Shown: positions 46,201 through 54,968 of the stretch, piece after piece
Position numbering within the stretch: position 1 is the stretch's first letter
How the letters are laid out: every line of letters begins with the position of its first letter
Assembly (NCBI GenBank): GCA_964402535.1
Contig: CAYOCH010000002.1
Location: 6,661-70,660 of the forward strand
Direction of reading: 5' to 3'
Source: an uncultured Candidatus Saccharibacteria bacterium
GTDB taxonomy: Bacteria > Patescibacteriota > Minisyncoccia > Phycocordibacterales > Phycocordibacteraceae
DNA length: 64,000 bases
Notes under the pieces: generated by a model
Database searches by the model: none
What the model saw: the letters and a program-made list of their open reading frames with translations, nothing else
What the model was told of the DNA's origin: nothing
Position numbers and translations under genes: made by a program

Positions 46201-49200
46201 CGGCGAATCCGGGAAGCCTCTTCACCGTCTCTGGAGGGTCATCTGGTGAGCAGCAGGTGGCTTTGTTCACGAGTACCGGTTCAGCTAATACGAAGATCGC
46301 GATCGAAAATGCTGCGGTCGGCGGTCACAGGTGGGAATTGAGGTCAACATCGACCGGCACCTTCGATATCGTCGACAGAACCGCGCCTGCTCAGCGCTTC
46401 GTCATAGACACCGCCGGTAACGTCGGCATCGGCACGACCTCGCCGTGGGCGCAGCTCTCGGTGAACCCGAACGGGGTTACGGGCCCCGCGTTCGCAATCG
46501 GCAGCTCGACCGCCACGAACTTCGTCGTGACGAACGGCGGGCAGGTGGGTATCGGGACGACGAATCCGCAGCAGGCGCTGCATATCAGTACGACGAATAC
46601 GTATCAGGGCATCTTCTTGAACGGCAACGCAGCGCCCTCGATCGGGTTCGCCGGCTGGAGCGGGCTGACGCCCGCGTGGAAGGTGGGCATCAGCGGGTCG
46701 GCAGGGAGCAACTTGGCTATCAGCACCGGAGCGGCGAACGCCGACCTCTTCAACTTCACGACCGCGGGCAATCTCGGCATCGGGACGACCTCGCCGTGGG
46801 CGCAGCTCTCGGTGAACCCGAACGGGGTTACGGGCCCCGCCTTCGCGATCGGCTCCTCGACCGCGACGAACTTCGTCGTGACGAACGGCGGGCAGGTGGG
46901 GATCGGCACAAGCAATCCGACGCTCGGGACGGGCTCGACGACCCTCGAAGTCTACGGCAACGGCGGCGGCTTCACCCAGTACGGCTCGCTGTCTCTCGCC
47001 AACACTACGAACTCCGGCAGCTCCTATTCAGGCTCGGTCGACTACTACGGCGCTACCACGTTGTACGGCCAGATTCGCACGCACGTGATCACCGGCGGCC
47101 CGAGCGGTATGTCCCAGATCGAATTGTCGGCGCTGAATGGCGGCGCGCTGAATCAGGTGTTCACGGTCGGTGGCACCGGCAGCGTGACGGTCGGCACCGC
47201 AAACGGTGTGTCGAGCGGGTATCTTGGCGTCTACAACTCGGCCGGATACGGGCAGACGAATACCGGCATCATCTTGGGCAACATGCAGACGGGCGCCGGC
47301 TCGAATATCGGGGTCAACTTCGTCGACTACGCGCAGAACAACATCGCGCAGATCCTCGGCGTGTATCCGGGCGGCACCAAGGCCGGCAGCCTCGCGTTCT
47401 CGACCGGGAACGGCACGAGCCTGAACGAAGCGATGCGCATCACGAGCGCCGGCAATATCGGCATCGGTACCTCGACTCCCGCAGAGAAACTGGACGTCGC
47501 CGGGCGGCTCTCGATCGAGGATATCTCGGGCAATCCGCCGTCGGCGGCTCGGTCGTCATTTGTCTTCGAGAGCAATACGGACCCTCTCAATACGTCCGTC
47601 TCGGCGCTCTACGTGTATCCGAGGACCGACACCTCTAAGCGCTTCTATTTCGGCACGACGACGCACCAGTTCTATGCCGTCGACTTCTCGAACGTCTTGA
47701 GCATCACGGGTGTGACCAGTATCCAAGGCGCTCCCAACACGCAGGCGATCGATTTTTCATCGGCTGCGTATGACACGACCTACGGCACGGCGACGTTCGA
47801 CTTCAAGCCCACGGTCGATAACACCCGGCCGGTCGTGCTGCGCAACTCGCGCGTCACCGACAGCGCGACCTCGGTCGGCTTCGTGCTGAAGACGGTCAAT
47901 ACGCTCTCGAACGCATCGGCGAAGCTCCTGACGCTCGACAACAACACGACGAACCTTCTGACCGTCATGGCGAACGGCAATGTCGGCATCGGGACCACTT
48001 CTCCATTCGCTGACCTTTCGATTGGCGGGGCGAGCAACGGGACTAACCCGCTCTTCGCGGTCTCGACCTCGACTGCGAGCGCGACCTCGACCGCCTTCAT
48101 CATCGACAAGAACGGGAATGTCGGCATCGGGACGGCGAACCCGGGCCAGGCGCTCACGGTGAATGGCGAGATCAGCCTCTTGGGCGCATCTGGCTCGTCG
48201 CGCGGGCTCTTGGGCGCGCCGACATGGGACAACTCATACGTCTCGCTCCAGAACGGGTCGTTGAGTGAGAGCGCCGCGAACTCGGCGATCAACCAAAACA
48301 GCCTCGGTGACACGATCGTGAACGCCGCGACCGGCAGGGCGCTCCACCTGCGCGTCGGCAACACCGAGCAGATGAGCTTTAACGGCACCATCGCCGCATT
48401 CCAGAACGTGAACGTCGGCATCGGGACCACGAGCCCGGCAGACAATCTCGACGTATACGCGCCGAACAACGCGGGATTGGCGAAGATTGGACTGATAAGG
48501 GGCGATGGAGCGGGGTATCTGACGCAATGGACCTATGGCCCGGCGGGGAACGGATTCCTCGAGATCGGCGAGAACGAGGCGTTCAACAGCTCCGGCTCGG
48601 CGCGGGTACAGTTCAATACCGGAGCGCCGTCGTGGTTCCAGCAGTTCAACACCAACGTCGACAGCTATCAGATCGCACGCATCCCGGCGGGCGGCAGCAC
48701 GGCAAACGTGATGCTCTATATACAGAGTAACGGCAACGTCGGCATCGGCACCACCTCTCCCTCGCAGGCGCTCTCTGTGCAGGGCAATGGCCTCTTCTCG
48801 GGCAACATCACGGCAGCGAACATCACGGCGACTGGGACGGTGACTGCCGCGAATTTCTCCGGCCCAGGTGTAGATCCGCAAGGATATGGCAACTACTTGT
48901 CGATAAATCCTGCGACTCAGGATCTCAAATTCTCACGCGGCGGCTACTGGCTCAATTTCAATTTGACCAACAACACGCCTGTCATCACATCACAGAACAA
49001 TCTATTAGCCCTGCCTGGTATCACAGCGACATCCTCTGTATTTACGGGATACTCCGCGCAGCAAGATGTGAGTCGCTCAACGATCCTCTCGCTCACGCGG
49101 CAGAATACCGGCGCCCGCTTTCAACAAGCAGCAAACTTCATAATGGGCGGCTACGATTCGGCACAAACTGCGCATACGCAATTGGATATCGCCCTCACGA

Positions 49201-52200
49201 ACACCGCGACAAACGGCGTCCCAGACGCGACCGTGATGAGCCTCTTGGGCAACGGCAACGTCGGCATCGGTTCGACCACGCCTGCCGCGACGCTCGCGGT
49301 GCAGGGCAACGGCCTCTTCTCGGGCAACATCACAGCCGCGAACATCACTGCGACTGGGACGCTCTCGACAACCGGCGCGATCTCGGCACCGTACTTCGTC
49401 GCGACGAACGCGCTCGCAACGAGCACGTTTGCAGGCGGCATCACGGGGCCGGGCAGCTTTGCGGTGCAGCAGACGACTGGCTATGTCGGCATCGGGACGA
49501 CGTCGCCGACGAGTGCACTCTATGTCGCGGGCAATGGCCTCACATCAAGCGTTATCACGGCTGACGGAGGCGCGAACTCTATATTCGGCCTCACCGTGCG
49601 GGGCTATCAGAACTGGGGCTCGGGTGTCGCCTACACCAACCAGACTGCAAACCGTACCTACGTCACGTATCAGGACACGACAGGTAATTTCAATATCTAC
49701 GACAGCACGGTGGGGAATCGGGTCACGGTGACTTCTACCGGCAGCGTCGGCATCGGCACCACGACTCCGTTCTATAAGCTTGAGGTGAACGGCACGGTCG
49801 AGGTCGCGAACGGGAGCGGTCTTTATGCGCTCTCGTCGAGCGGCACGCACTACCGGCTCGTGGACCTCGACGCGAGCAACGTCGTGAACATGGGCCCCAA
49901 CGGCTCGATCCAGATCGCGAACGGCGCGCCCTCGAGCGCGATCTTCGTGCAGAACACTGGCTCGGTCGGGATAGGCACGAATAGCCCTCAAGTGGCGCTG
50001 CATGTAGGGCCGACGGCAGCCGGCGCGAATGAGGTCGCAAGATTCGAACATGCGAACGCTGCGGGTTCATCCGGCATCACGATCTATCAGAATGGGACAC
50101 TAAAGGGCTCTCTCGGTACTGGCGACTTCGTGGCGACTGGGGGAGCCAACACAGACTTCGGCATCCAGTCTGCTGGCAACATGCTGTTCGCTACTGGCGG
50201 TACTGTCCAAAAAATGGTGCTGACATCAGGCGGCAATGTCGGCATCGGGTCGACCTCGCCCACGAGCCTCTTGAGCGTCTATGGCGCGGCGGGGGCGGCC
50301 ACCGTCACGATCGGCTCGCCCTCGAACTCTGCGCTCTTGACGCTCGATCGCGGCTCGAACACGCAGAACGCGACCTTTAACCTCAACACCGCGGGCGTGA
50401 ATTACGGCTACTTCGGCCTCGACACGAGCGCCAACTCGGTGACGCTCGCCTCGTCGAACAACAACCAGCTCACGGTCTCAGCGCACAACGCAAACCTCCT
50501 CCTGCGCGGCGGCACGAGCAACGGCATCATCATGCAGACCAACGGCAGCGCCGAGGCGATGCGCGTCACAAGCGGCGGCAACGTCGGCATCGGGTCGTCG
50601 ACGCCAAGCGCTGTCCTCGCGGTGTCGAACACGGCCGCGACCGCCGCCAACACGCCGCTCTTCACGATCGCTTCGACGACGGGCGGCACCTCCACGTCAA
50701 GCTTGATGACCGTTCTCGCGAACGGCAACGTCGGGATAGGTACGAGCAATCCGACCTCGCCGCTGTATGTATCGGGTGCGCCTGCGTTGCAGGCGGTCAT
50801 CGGCACGACGGCGAACACGCAGAACTGGATCTCTATCATCAAGTCGAGCAGTCAGACTGCGAGCTTCGGCATCCGCGCCAATAACTACGGCTTCCTCCAG
50901 GCGAACACCGGGATGCAGATCGAGAACTCGTCGTCGCAACCCTATATCGTGTTTGACGGGGTGAACGAAGGGATCGGCACCACGTCGCCATCTGCGACGC
51001 TCGCAGTGCAGGGCAATGGCCTCTTCTCGGGCAACATCACGGCTGCGAACATCACCGCGACGGGGACGCTCTCGACCACAGGAGCGATCTCGGCGCCCTA
51101 CTTCGTCGCGACGTCGCCGACCGCGACCTCAACCTTCGCGGGCGGCGCGACGTTCGCGACGAGCGGCGGCAACGTCGGTATCGGGACAGCGAATCCAGGC
51201 TACGCACTCGACGTCGCCGGTCTTGCGGGCATCAATGGGCGAGTGAAGCTTGGCGCCGGCAACGATCAGGTGGACATTGCGAACGGTGGCCTCGTGCTAC
51301 ATGACAGCGGCACAACTGCATATGTCGAGGCGCAGAATTCTAACAAGCCGCTCGTTCTCGGTACCAGTAACGCGGATATTCAATTCACTACAGGATTCGG
51401 CGTCACAGAGCTGATGAGGATCAAAGCGAACGGGAATGTGGGGATCGGCACGTCGACGCCCGCGGCTACGCTCGCGGTCGCGATGGCGAGCACAACACCG
51501 GCCTTCTATATCGGCGCGGCAGGGAGCTCGTCGCCCGCCTTCTATGTCGGCAGCGCGAACGGGAGCGGGCTCGTGGGTATCGGCACCTCGGCACCCGACC
51601 ATCCGCTCCAGATCACCGGCAACCCGCTACTCACGAGCGCGGTCGTGCGTGTGGGCGCCGTCGCGCAGAACGTCTCTGCATTGCGCGTGAAGGGCTACTT
51701 CAACGGCTTGAACGGCAATGAGGATGCCGGCGGCGTGAACGTCTACAACTACAACTCGGCCACGGTGCAGGCGACGCTCGGCGGCGACAGCGGCCTCTTC
51801 GCCTCGCCGCGCGGCACCAACCTCGTCGCGGCGATCGTCCGCGGCCTCACCGGCCAGACAGCCAATCTGCAAGAGTGGCAGGATGTGAACGGCAATCCGC
51901 TCTCTGTGATTACGAGCAGCGGCAACCTCGGCGTGGGCACCTCCTCGCCCGCGCAGGCGCTCTCGGTCGCGGGGACGGGCTACTTTGCGACGAATGTCGG
52001 CATCGGCGTGGCGAACCCGGGCGTATATAGCCTTATGGTGCAGGCGCCGACGATCGGCGGCCAAGTCTTCGGCGTCACTACGAATTATGGCAACAGCGGC
52101 AAGTTCGAAGTCAGCTTCAACAGCGGCAACGACCCGTTCGCTCACTTGACTACTAAGCAGGGTGGACAGATCGCCTACTACGACATGTACGACTCGGTCG

Positions 52201-54920
52201 GCAAGGCGATGCAGCTTGGTCAGACATTCGGCAACGGGATCAACCTCTCGGCCTCGACGAGCATCCAGATCGGCATCGACTCGAACAATCTCGGCACCGG
52301 CATGTTCGAGATCGCAAGAGGGAACACCTGGAACGGTCGCGCGGGCGTCGACGGCACCTCGCTCTTCAAGATCCTCAACAACGGCAACGTCGGCATCAGC
52401 AACACGAATCCCTCAACCCTCCTCGACGTGAACGGCACGACCACGCTGCGCAACCAGGTGTCGGTGAATGGGGCGAGCTTCTACGACAACACCGGCAAGA
52501 TCGGGCTCGGGGTCAAGATGACGAGCGACCTCAAGACTGCGCTCTATGTCACTGACAACTTTGCGGCGATGAGCGCGATCAATGGCGCATACATCTCATC
52601 GGTCATATACGGCGCCAATACGCAGCAAGGGAAGAACGCGTACTATGGAGCCATCAATGACCCGACGCTCTCGGTGAATATCCAAAACGGTTCCGGGTTC
52701 GTGAGCTATCTCAATAACACCAACAACACCGGCACCAACATCAATCACGGCGGTCTCTTCTATCAGAATCAGACTATGAATGTGGCCAACACCGGAACCG
52801 ATTATGGCTACACCTCGTACAACTACATGCAGAGCAGCGGCAACCCGACCTCGCTTGCGAATTATGTCGGCTTCTACTCTCGCGGGCAATTCGCGGTCGC
52901 GCCGGCGACGACGACCAACCAGTACGACTTCTATGCCGACAACTTCGTGGGGACAGGTAACGGCGCGGTCGTGAACCGCTACGGCGTCTATATCGGCTTC
53001 AACAGCACCGGCATCACGAACCCCTACGGCATCTATCAAGCGAGCCCGACTGTCCAGAACTACTTCGGCGGCAACGTGGGGATCGGCACCACGACGCCCC
53101 TCGCGAAGCTCGCAGTTCTCGGCACGGCAGAGCAGCTCCGTCTCAACTACGACGCGACGAACTACGCGAGCTTCACGGTGAGCAGCGCCGGCACGCTCAC
53201 TATTGCCCCCACGTCGAACGTAATGAATATCTCGGCGACGACACTGAATACGAATACGATCAACGTCGCCACCGGCAACGTCATCAATTTCAACGGGGTA
53301 GGCTACCTCCGCAGCCTGGGCGGCGTGTTTAACATCAATGACACCAACACGAACAACATCCTTCTCGCCAATGGTGGCGGCAACGTCGGCATCGGCACGT
53401 CGACACCTCAAAACAAGCTGACGATCGTCGGCGGGATCGGCACGTTCGTTAACACCAACTCCTCCTACCGAACCGACTGGGATGCCGGCTATATGATCAA
53501 CGACAAGCTTGCGATATCGAAGTACGGCGCAATTGGCCAGCTCTCGATCGACGCACAGGGTCAGTTCGGTTCGGTAATGGTCGGAAATATCGGCAACTAT
53601 GTGAGCAATTTGCTTGTGAGCGGCAACGTGGGGATCGGGACCACGACGCCTGGGAAGAAGTTGGTTATAGATAGCGGCTCGAATGGCAATAGCTTTGCGG
53701 CAAGCTTCAGCAATGGTGGAGCGGGCAGACCATATTGGCTGTATAATTTCCAGCAGCAGAATGTGCAGTGGACTTCTGGATTCGACATTGGAGGGAATAC
53801 AAACGACTTCTCCATCAGCAATACGTACTCTGGAACCCGAGATGTTTTCCACATCGAAAACACGGCGCCTGCGAATAGTTTTAGAATCCAAGCAAATACT
53901 GGCAATATCGGTATCGGTACGACGAGCCCTTCGACCCTCTTACACCTCTACTCGGCGAGTGCGCCATCGATAACGATTGAGTCGTCTGCTGCTGGCGGCG
54001 GCGCGACCGATAGGCGTCTCACCATCAATCAGAACAATGGAGGTACGGCGACACTCACCGCGATGGAGGATGAGAACAGCTCAACTCAGGCGGCGTTCAT
54101 CATCAACGCGACTAACAATCCGAGCAACGCCGCGCTCGCGATTCGGCCCATATTCGATCTGCAGAACGGCGGCAACAGCAAGCTCTTCGTCACAGCCGCA
54201 GGCAATGTCGGCATCGGCAGTACGTCGCCGAATACGAAACTTGTTGTCTCTGACAACAGCGGCCAGACGCTCATCGGCAGCATGGCCGCTTCGTACGGAT
54301 CCATCGGTTTCCAGCCGACCCTCACCACGTCCAATTTCGCGCTCGCCGGCAACACATCTGAAACGATACTTAATACGCTCGCGGGCACGTCGCTCAAGTT
54401 CCGCGTAGCGAACGCAGACAAGATGGTTATGGACCAAAACGGCAATGTCGGCATCGGCACCACGACACCTAGCAATAAGCTGACCGTCGCAGGCGGAGCA
54501 GACTTCGGTACGGCATACAGCCCGACTGGACAGACGATACGTCTAGCGCCGAGCGGAACGTTTTCAGAAGCGGATGTCATTTCTCAAGCGGTAGGATTGT
54601 CGATCTTCGCTAATCCGCAGGCCACAGCGCAGCCGTCATGGATCGACCCGCTTATGAGTCTCCCGAACGGGGCAGGACTGATGTCGACGACGGGAGTCGA
54701 TCTGATTTTGTCCGCGTCATCTCATGCTGGCGGCGGCGTCACGATCGCCGGATATCATAACGGCGCTGCACATGACATCAAGTTCTTCAACGACGGCAAC
54801 GAACAGATGCGCCTCACGACCGCTGGTAATCTCGGCATCGGGACCTCGACGCCGGGCGCGACGATGAACGTCTACTCGGGCGCCGGGACGCCGTGGAATA
54901 CCTACCCATCAGGCACCTGA
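43263..54920 (+). CDS. giant membrane-anchored repeat protein (3885 aa): N-terminal excisionase-type HTH + TM anchor + tail-fibre-like 'GNVGIGTTSP' repeat region
   Basis: N-terminal …LISTRYAGKISGYTSAYLRRLARSGEIEGVQVGRVWMIRQASLIRFL (HTH_17-like). TM helix SLVVTVVVALVAGTIAAQGL. Then ~3700 aa of Gly/Thr/Ser/Asn-rich modules with recurrent GNVGIGTTSP(W/S)A…L(S/A)V and APYFVAT…ATSTFAGG motifs. Ends at TGA, in frame with the next ORF. Confidence 0.8.
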   Translation: MKSKRETKGLISTRYAGKISGYTSAYLRRLARSGEIEGVQVGRVWMIRQASLIRFLDEQAKRKEELSKERARVHAEEYLSHQAPVKRVVAKIAKPIPVKNVDVEGLVSSSRSLVVTVVVALVAGTIAAQGLTPTLTRIAAQPAAALNAGEQIAVATYETIHGLFTSTTSALADLFAPAPTIVVPAPQIRVNKPPLAVASSSPTQTKPKQVAIAPILPAPYKEPAPVSYPTYVTTINGVSQSYVDAAVSAMRSGILATVSGMLAPVAQQTVVNQTTIQQVNMIQRLGGLIVDNGQFNGGTFDKGTMTNGIAVNAENATFTNLSAGNVNLGASNLATTTVSGDLTLSGVLSANTKAVAPYFVATASNATSTFAGGLAVGTQRLVVDSTTGRVGIGTTSPAQTLEVSSAGDWSGINITTTAAGNHQAISFNHPEGYPFQIFTSYTGGRPDTQFYVGSSGTVFMSSNKLAVNGGAIPSASEAALSVVPVGTEPGLNVKNNVNGSSSLLVTNLGKVGLASTTPWAQLSVNPNGITGPAFAIGSSTATNFVVTNGGQVGIGTTSPAYTFDVTGSARMDNLAVSQSGGFRAVTGSWAGSPSGDNLSWLAFGWADNTKYHRIRTCGFSNDNLCFDLINPSTHYLSITGQLNSVYGATIGYAAGTAGPTNGLAVSGSTGIGTTSPWAQLSVNPNGITGPAFAIGSSTATNFVVTNGGNVGIGTTSPQSTFVVNGTSQFTNNAVFNAQISVSQITSPNNLLIAAGGPLVQIAGHLVPQVTGTYDLGSASAGWRNVYVTGNVGIGTTSPSATLAVQGNGLFSGNLTASGNTYIGATSANTLTVNALVNSDITPSTNAVNSLGSPSFYWKNVYAANVIANNISAASTTIAGTASATFTINSGNATADTLDSSLVFFRGTVVPNAVLGWDSTNKRFTMNQPLFIQNASNNGGGVISLAVQGLAGQTADVLRIASSTGTSYLNVTAGGNVGIGTANPGSLFTVSGGSSGEQQVALFTSTGSANTKIAIENAAVGGHRWELRSTSTGTFDIVDRTAPAQRFVIDTAGNVGIGTTSPWAQLSVNPNGVTGPAFAIGSSTATNFVVTNGGQVGIGTTNPQQALHISTTNTYQGIFLNGNAAPSIGFAGWSGLTPAWKVGISGSAGSNLAISTGAANADLFNFTTAGNLGIGTTSPWAQLSVNPNGVTGPAFAIGSSTATNFVVTNGGQVGIGTSNPTLGTGSTTLEVYGNGGGFTQYGSLSLANTTNSGSSYSGSVDYYGATTLYGQIRTHVITGGPSGMSQIELSALNGGALNQVFTVGGTGSVTVGTANGVSSGYLGVYNSAGYGQTNTGIILGNMQTGAGSNIGVNFVDYAQNNIAQILGVYPGGTKAGSLAFSTGNGTSLNEAMRITSAGNIGIGTSTPAEKLDVAGRLSIEDISGNPPSAARSSFVFESNTDPLNTSVSALYVYPRTDTSKRFYFGTTTHQFYAVDFSNVLSITGVTSIQGAPNTQAIDFSSAAYDTTYGTATFDFKPTVDNTRPVVLRNSRVTDSATSVGFVLKTVNTLSNASAKLLTLDNNTTNLLTVMANGNVGIGTTSPFADLSIGGASNGTNPLFAVSTSTASATSTAFIIDKNGNVGIGTANPGQALTVNGEISLLGASGSSRGLLGAPTWDNSYVSLQNGSLSESAANSAINQNSLGDTIVNAATGRALHLRVGNTEQMSFNGTIAAFQNVNVGIGTTSPADNLDVYAPNNAGLAKIGLIRGDGAGYLTQWTYGPAGNGFLEIGENEAFNSSGSARVQFNTGAPSWFQQFNTNVDSYQIARIPAGGSTANVMLYIQSNGNVGIGTTSPSQALSVQGNGLFSGNITAANITATGTVTAANFSGPGVDPQGYGNYLSINPATQDLKFSRGGYWLNFNLTNNTPVITSQNNLLALPGITATSSVFTGYSAQQDVSRSTILSLTRQNTGARFQQAANFIMGGYDSAQTAHTQLDIALTNTATNGVPDATVMSLLGNGNVGIGSTTPAATLAVQGNGLFSGNITAANITATGTLSTTGAISAPYFVATNALATSTFAGGITGPGSFAVQQTTGYVGIGTTSPTSALYVAGNGLTSSVITADGGANSIFGLTVRGYQNWGSGVAYTNQTANRTYVTYQDTTGNFNIYDSTVGNRVTVTSTGSVGIGTTTPFYKLEVNGTVEVANGSGLYALSSSGTHYRLVDLDASNVVNMGPNGSIQIANGAPSSAIFVQNTGSVGIGTNSPQVALHVGPTAAGANEVARFEHANAAGSSGITIYQNGTLKGSLGTGDFVATGGANTDFGIQSAGNMLFATGGTVQKMVLTSGGNVGIGSTSPTSLLSVYGAAGAATVTIGSPSNSALLTLDRGSNTQNATFNLNTAGVNYGYFGLDTSANSVTLASSNNNQLTVSAHNANLLLRGGTSNGIIMQTNGSAEAMRVTSGGNVGIGSSTPSAVLAVSNTAATAANTPLFTIASTTGGTSTSSLMTVLANGNVGIGTSNPTSPLYVSGAPALQAVIGTTANTQNWISIIKSSSQTASFGIRANNYGFLQANTGMQIENSSSQPYIVFDGVNEGIGTTSPSATLAVQGNGLFSGNITAANITATGTLSTTGAISAPYFVATSPTATSTFAGGATFATSGGNVGIGTANPGYALDVAGLAGINGRVKLGAGNDQVDIANGGLVLHDSGTTAYVEAQNSNKPLVLGTSNADIQFTTGFGVTELMRIKANGNVGIGTSTPAATLAVAMASTTPAFYIGAAGSSSPAFYVGSANGSGLVGIGTSAPDHPLQITGNPLLTSAVVRVGAVAQNVSALRVKGYFNGLNGNEDAGGVNVYNYNSATVQATLGGDSGLFASPRGTNLVAAIVRGLTGQTANLQEWQDVNGNPLSVITSSGNLGVGTSSPAQALSVAGTGYFATNVGIGVANPGVYSLMVQAPTIGGQVFGVTTNYGNSGKFEVSFNSGNDPFAHLTTKQGGQIAYYDMYDSVGKAMQLGQTFGNGINLSASTSIQIGIDSNNLGTGMFEIARGNTWNGRAGVDGTSLFKILNNGNVGISNTNPSTLLDVNGTTTLRNQVSVNGASFYDNTGKIGLGVKMTSDLKTALYVTDNFAAMSAINGAYISSVIYGANTQQGKNAYYGAINDPTLSVNIQNGSGFVSYLNNTNNTGTNINHGGLFYQNQTMNVANTGTDYGYTSYNYMQSSGNPTSLANYVGFYSRGQFAVAPATTTNQYDFYADNFVGTGNGAVVNRYGVYIGFNSTGITNPYGIYQASPTVQNYFGGNVGIGTTTPLAKLAVLGTAEQLRLNYDATNYASFTVSSAGTLTIAPTSNVMNISATTLNTNTINVATGNVINFNGVGYLRSLGGVFNINDTNTNNILLANGGGNVGIGTSTPQNKLTIVGGIGTFVNTNSSYRTDWDAGYMINDKLAISKYGAIGQLSIDAQGQFGSVMVGNIGNYVSNLLVSGNVGIGTTTPGKKLVIDSGSNGNSFAASFSNGGAGRPYWLYNFQQQNVQWTSGFDIGGNTNDFSISNTYSGTRDVFHIENTAPANSFRIQANTGNIGIGTTSPSTLLHLYSASAPSITIESSAAGGGATDRRLTINQNNGGTATLTAMEDENSSTQAAFIINATNNPSNAALAIRPIFDLQNGGNSKLFVTAAGNVGIGSTSPNTKLVVSDNSGQTLIGSMAASYGSIGFQPTLTTSNFALAGNTSETILNTLAGTSLKFRVANADKMVMDQNGNVGIGTTTPSNKLTVAGGADFGTAYSPTGQTIRLAPSGTFSEADVISQAVGLSIFANPQATAQPSWIDPLMSLPNGAGLMSTTGVDLILSASSHAGGGVTIAGYHNGAAHDIKFFNDGNEQMRLTTAGNLGIGTSTPGATMNVYSGAGTPWNTYPSGT
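44817..46920 (+). repeat. intragenic near-identical ~125-nt DNA repeats (family A: WAQLSVNPNG(I/V)TGPAFAIGSSTATNFVVTNGG(Q/N)VGIGT)
   Basis: Copies at ~44817, 45291, 46446 and 46797 (>90% nt identity between the last two), plus a fifth in the second ORF at ~56484. Confidence 0.7.
45652..51150 (+). repeat. intragenic ~75-150-nt repeats (family B: ATLAVQGNGLFSGNITAANITATGTLSTTGAISAPYFVAT…ATSTFAGG)
   Basis: Copies at ~45652, 48760, 49283 and 50993; the 49283 and 50993 copies are >90% identical over ~150 nt. Confidence 0.7.
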
Positions 54921-54968
54921 GCTGCGATCGTCAACCAGTCGCAGAACATTAGCGGCGGCAACGGCCTC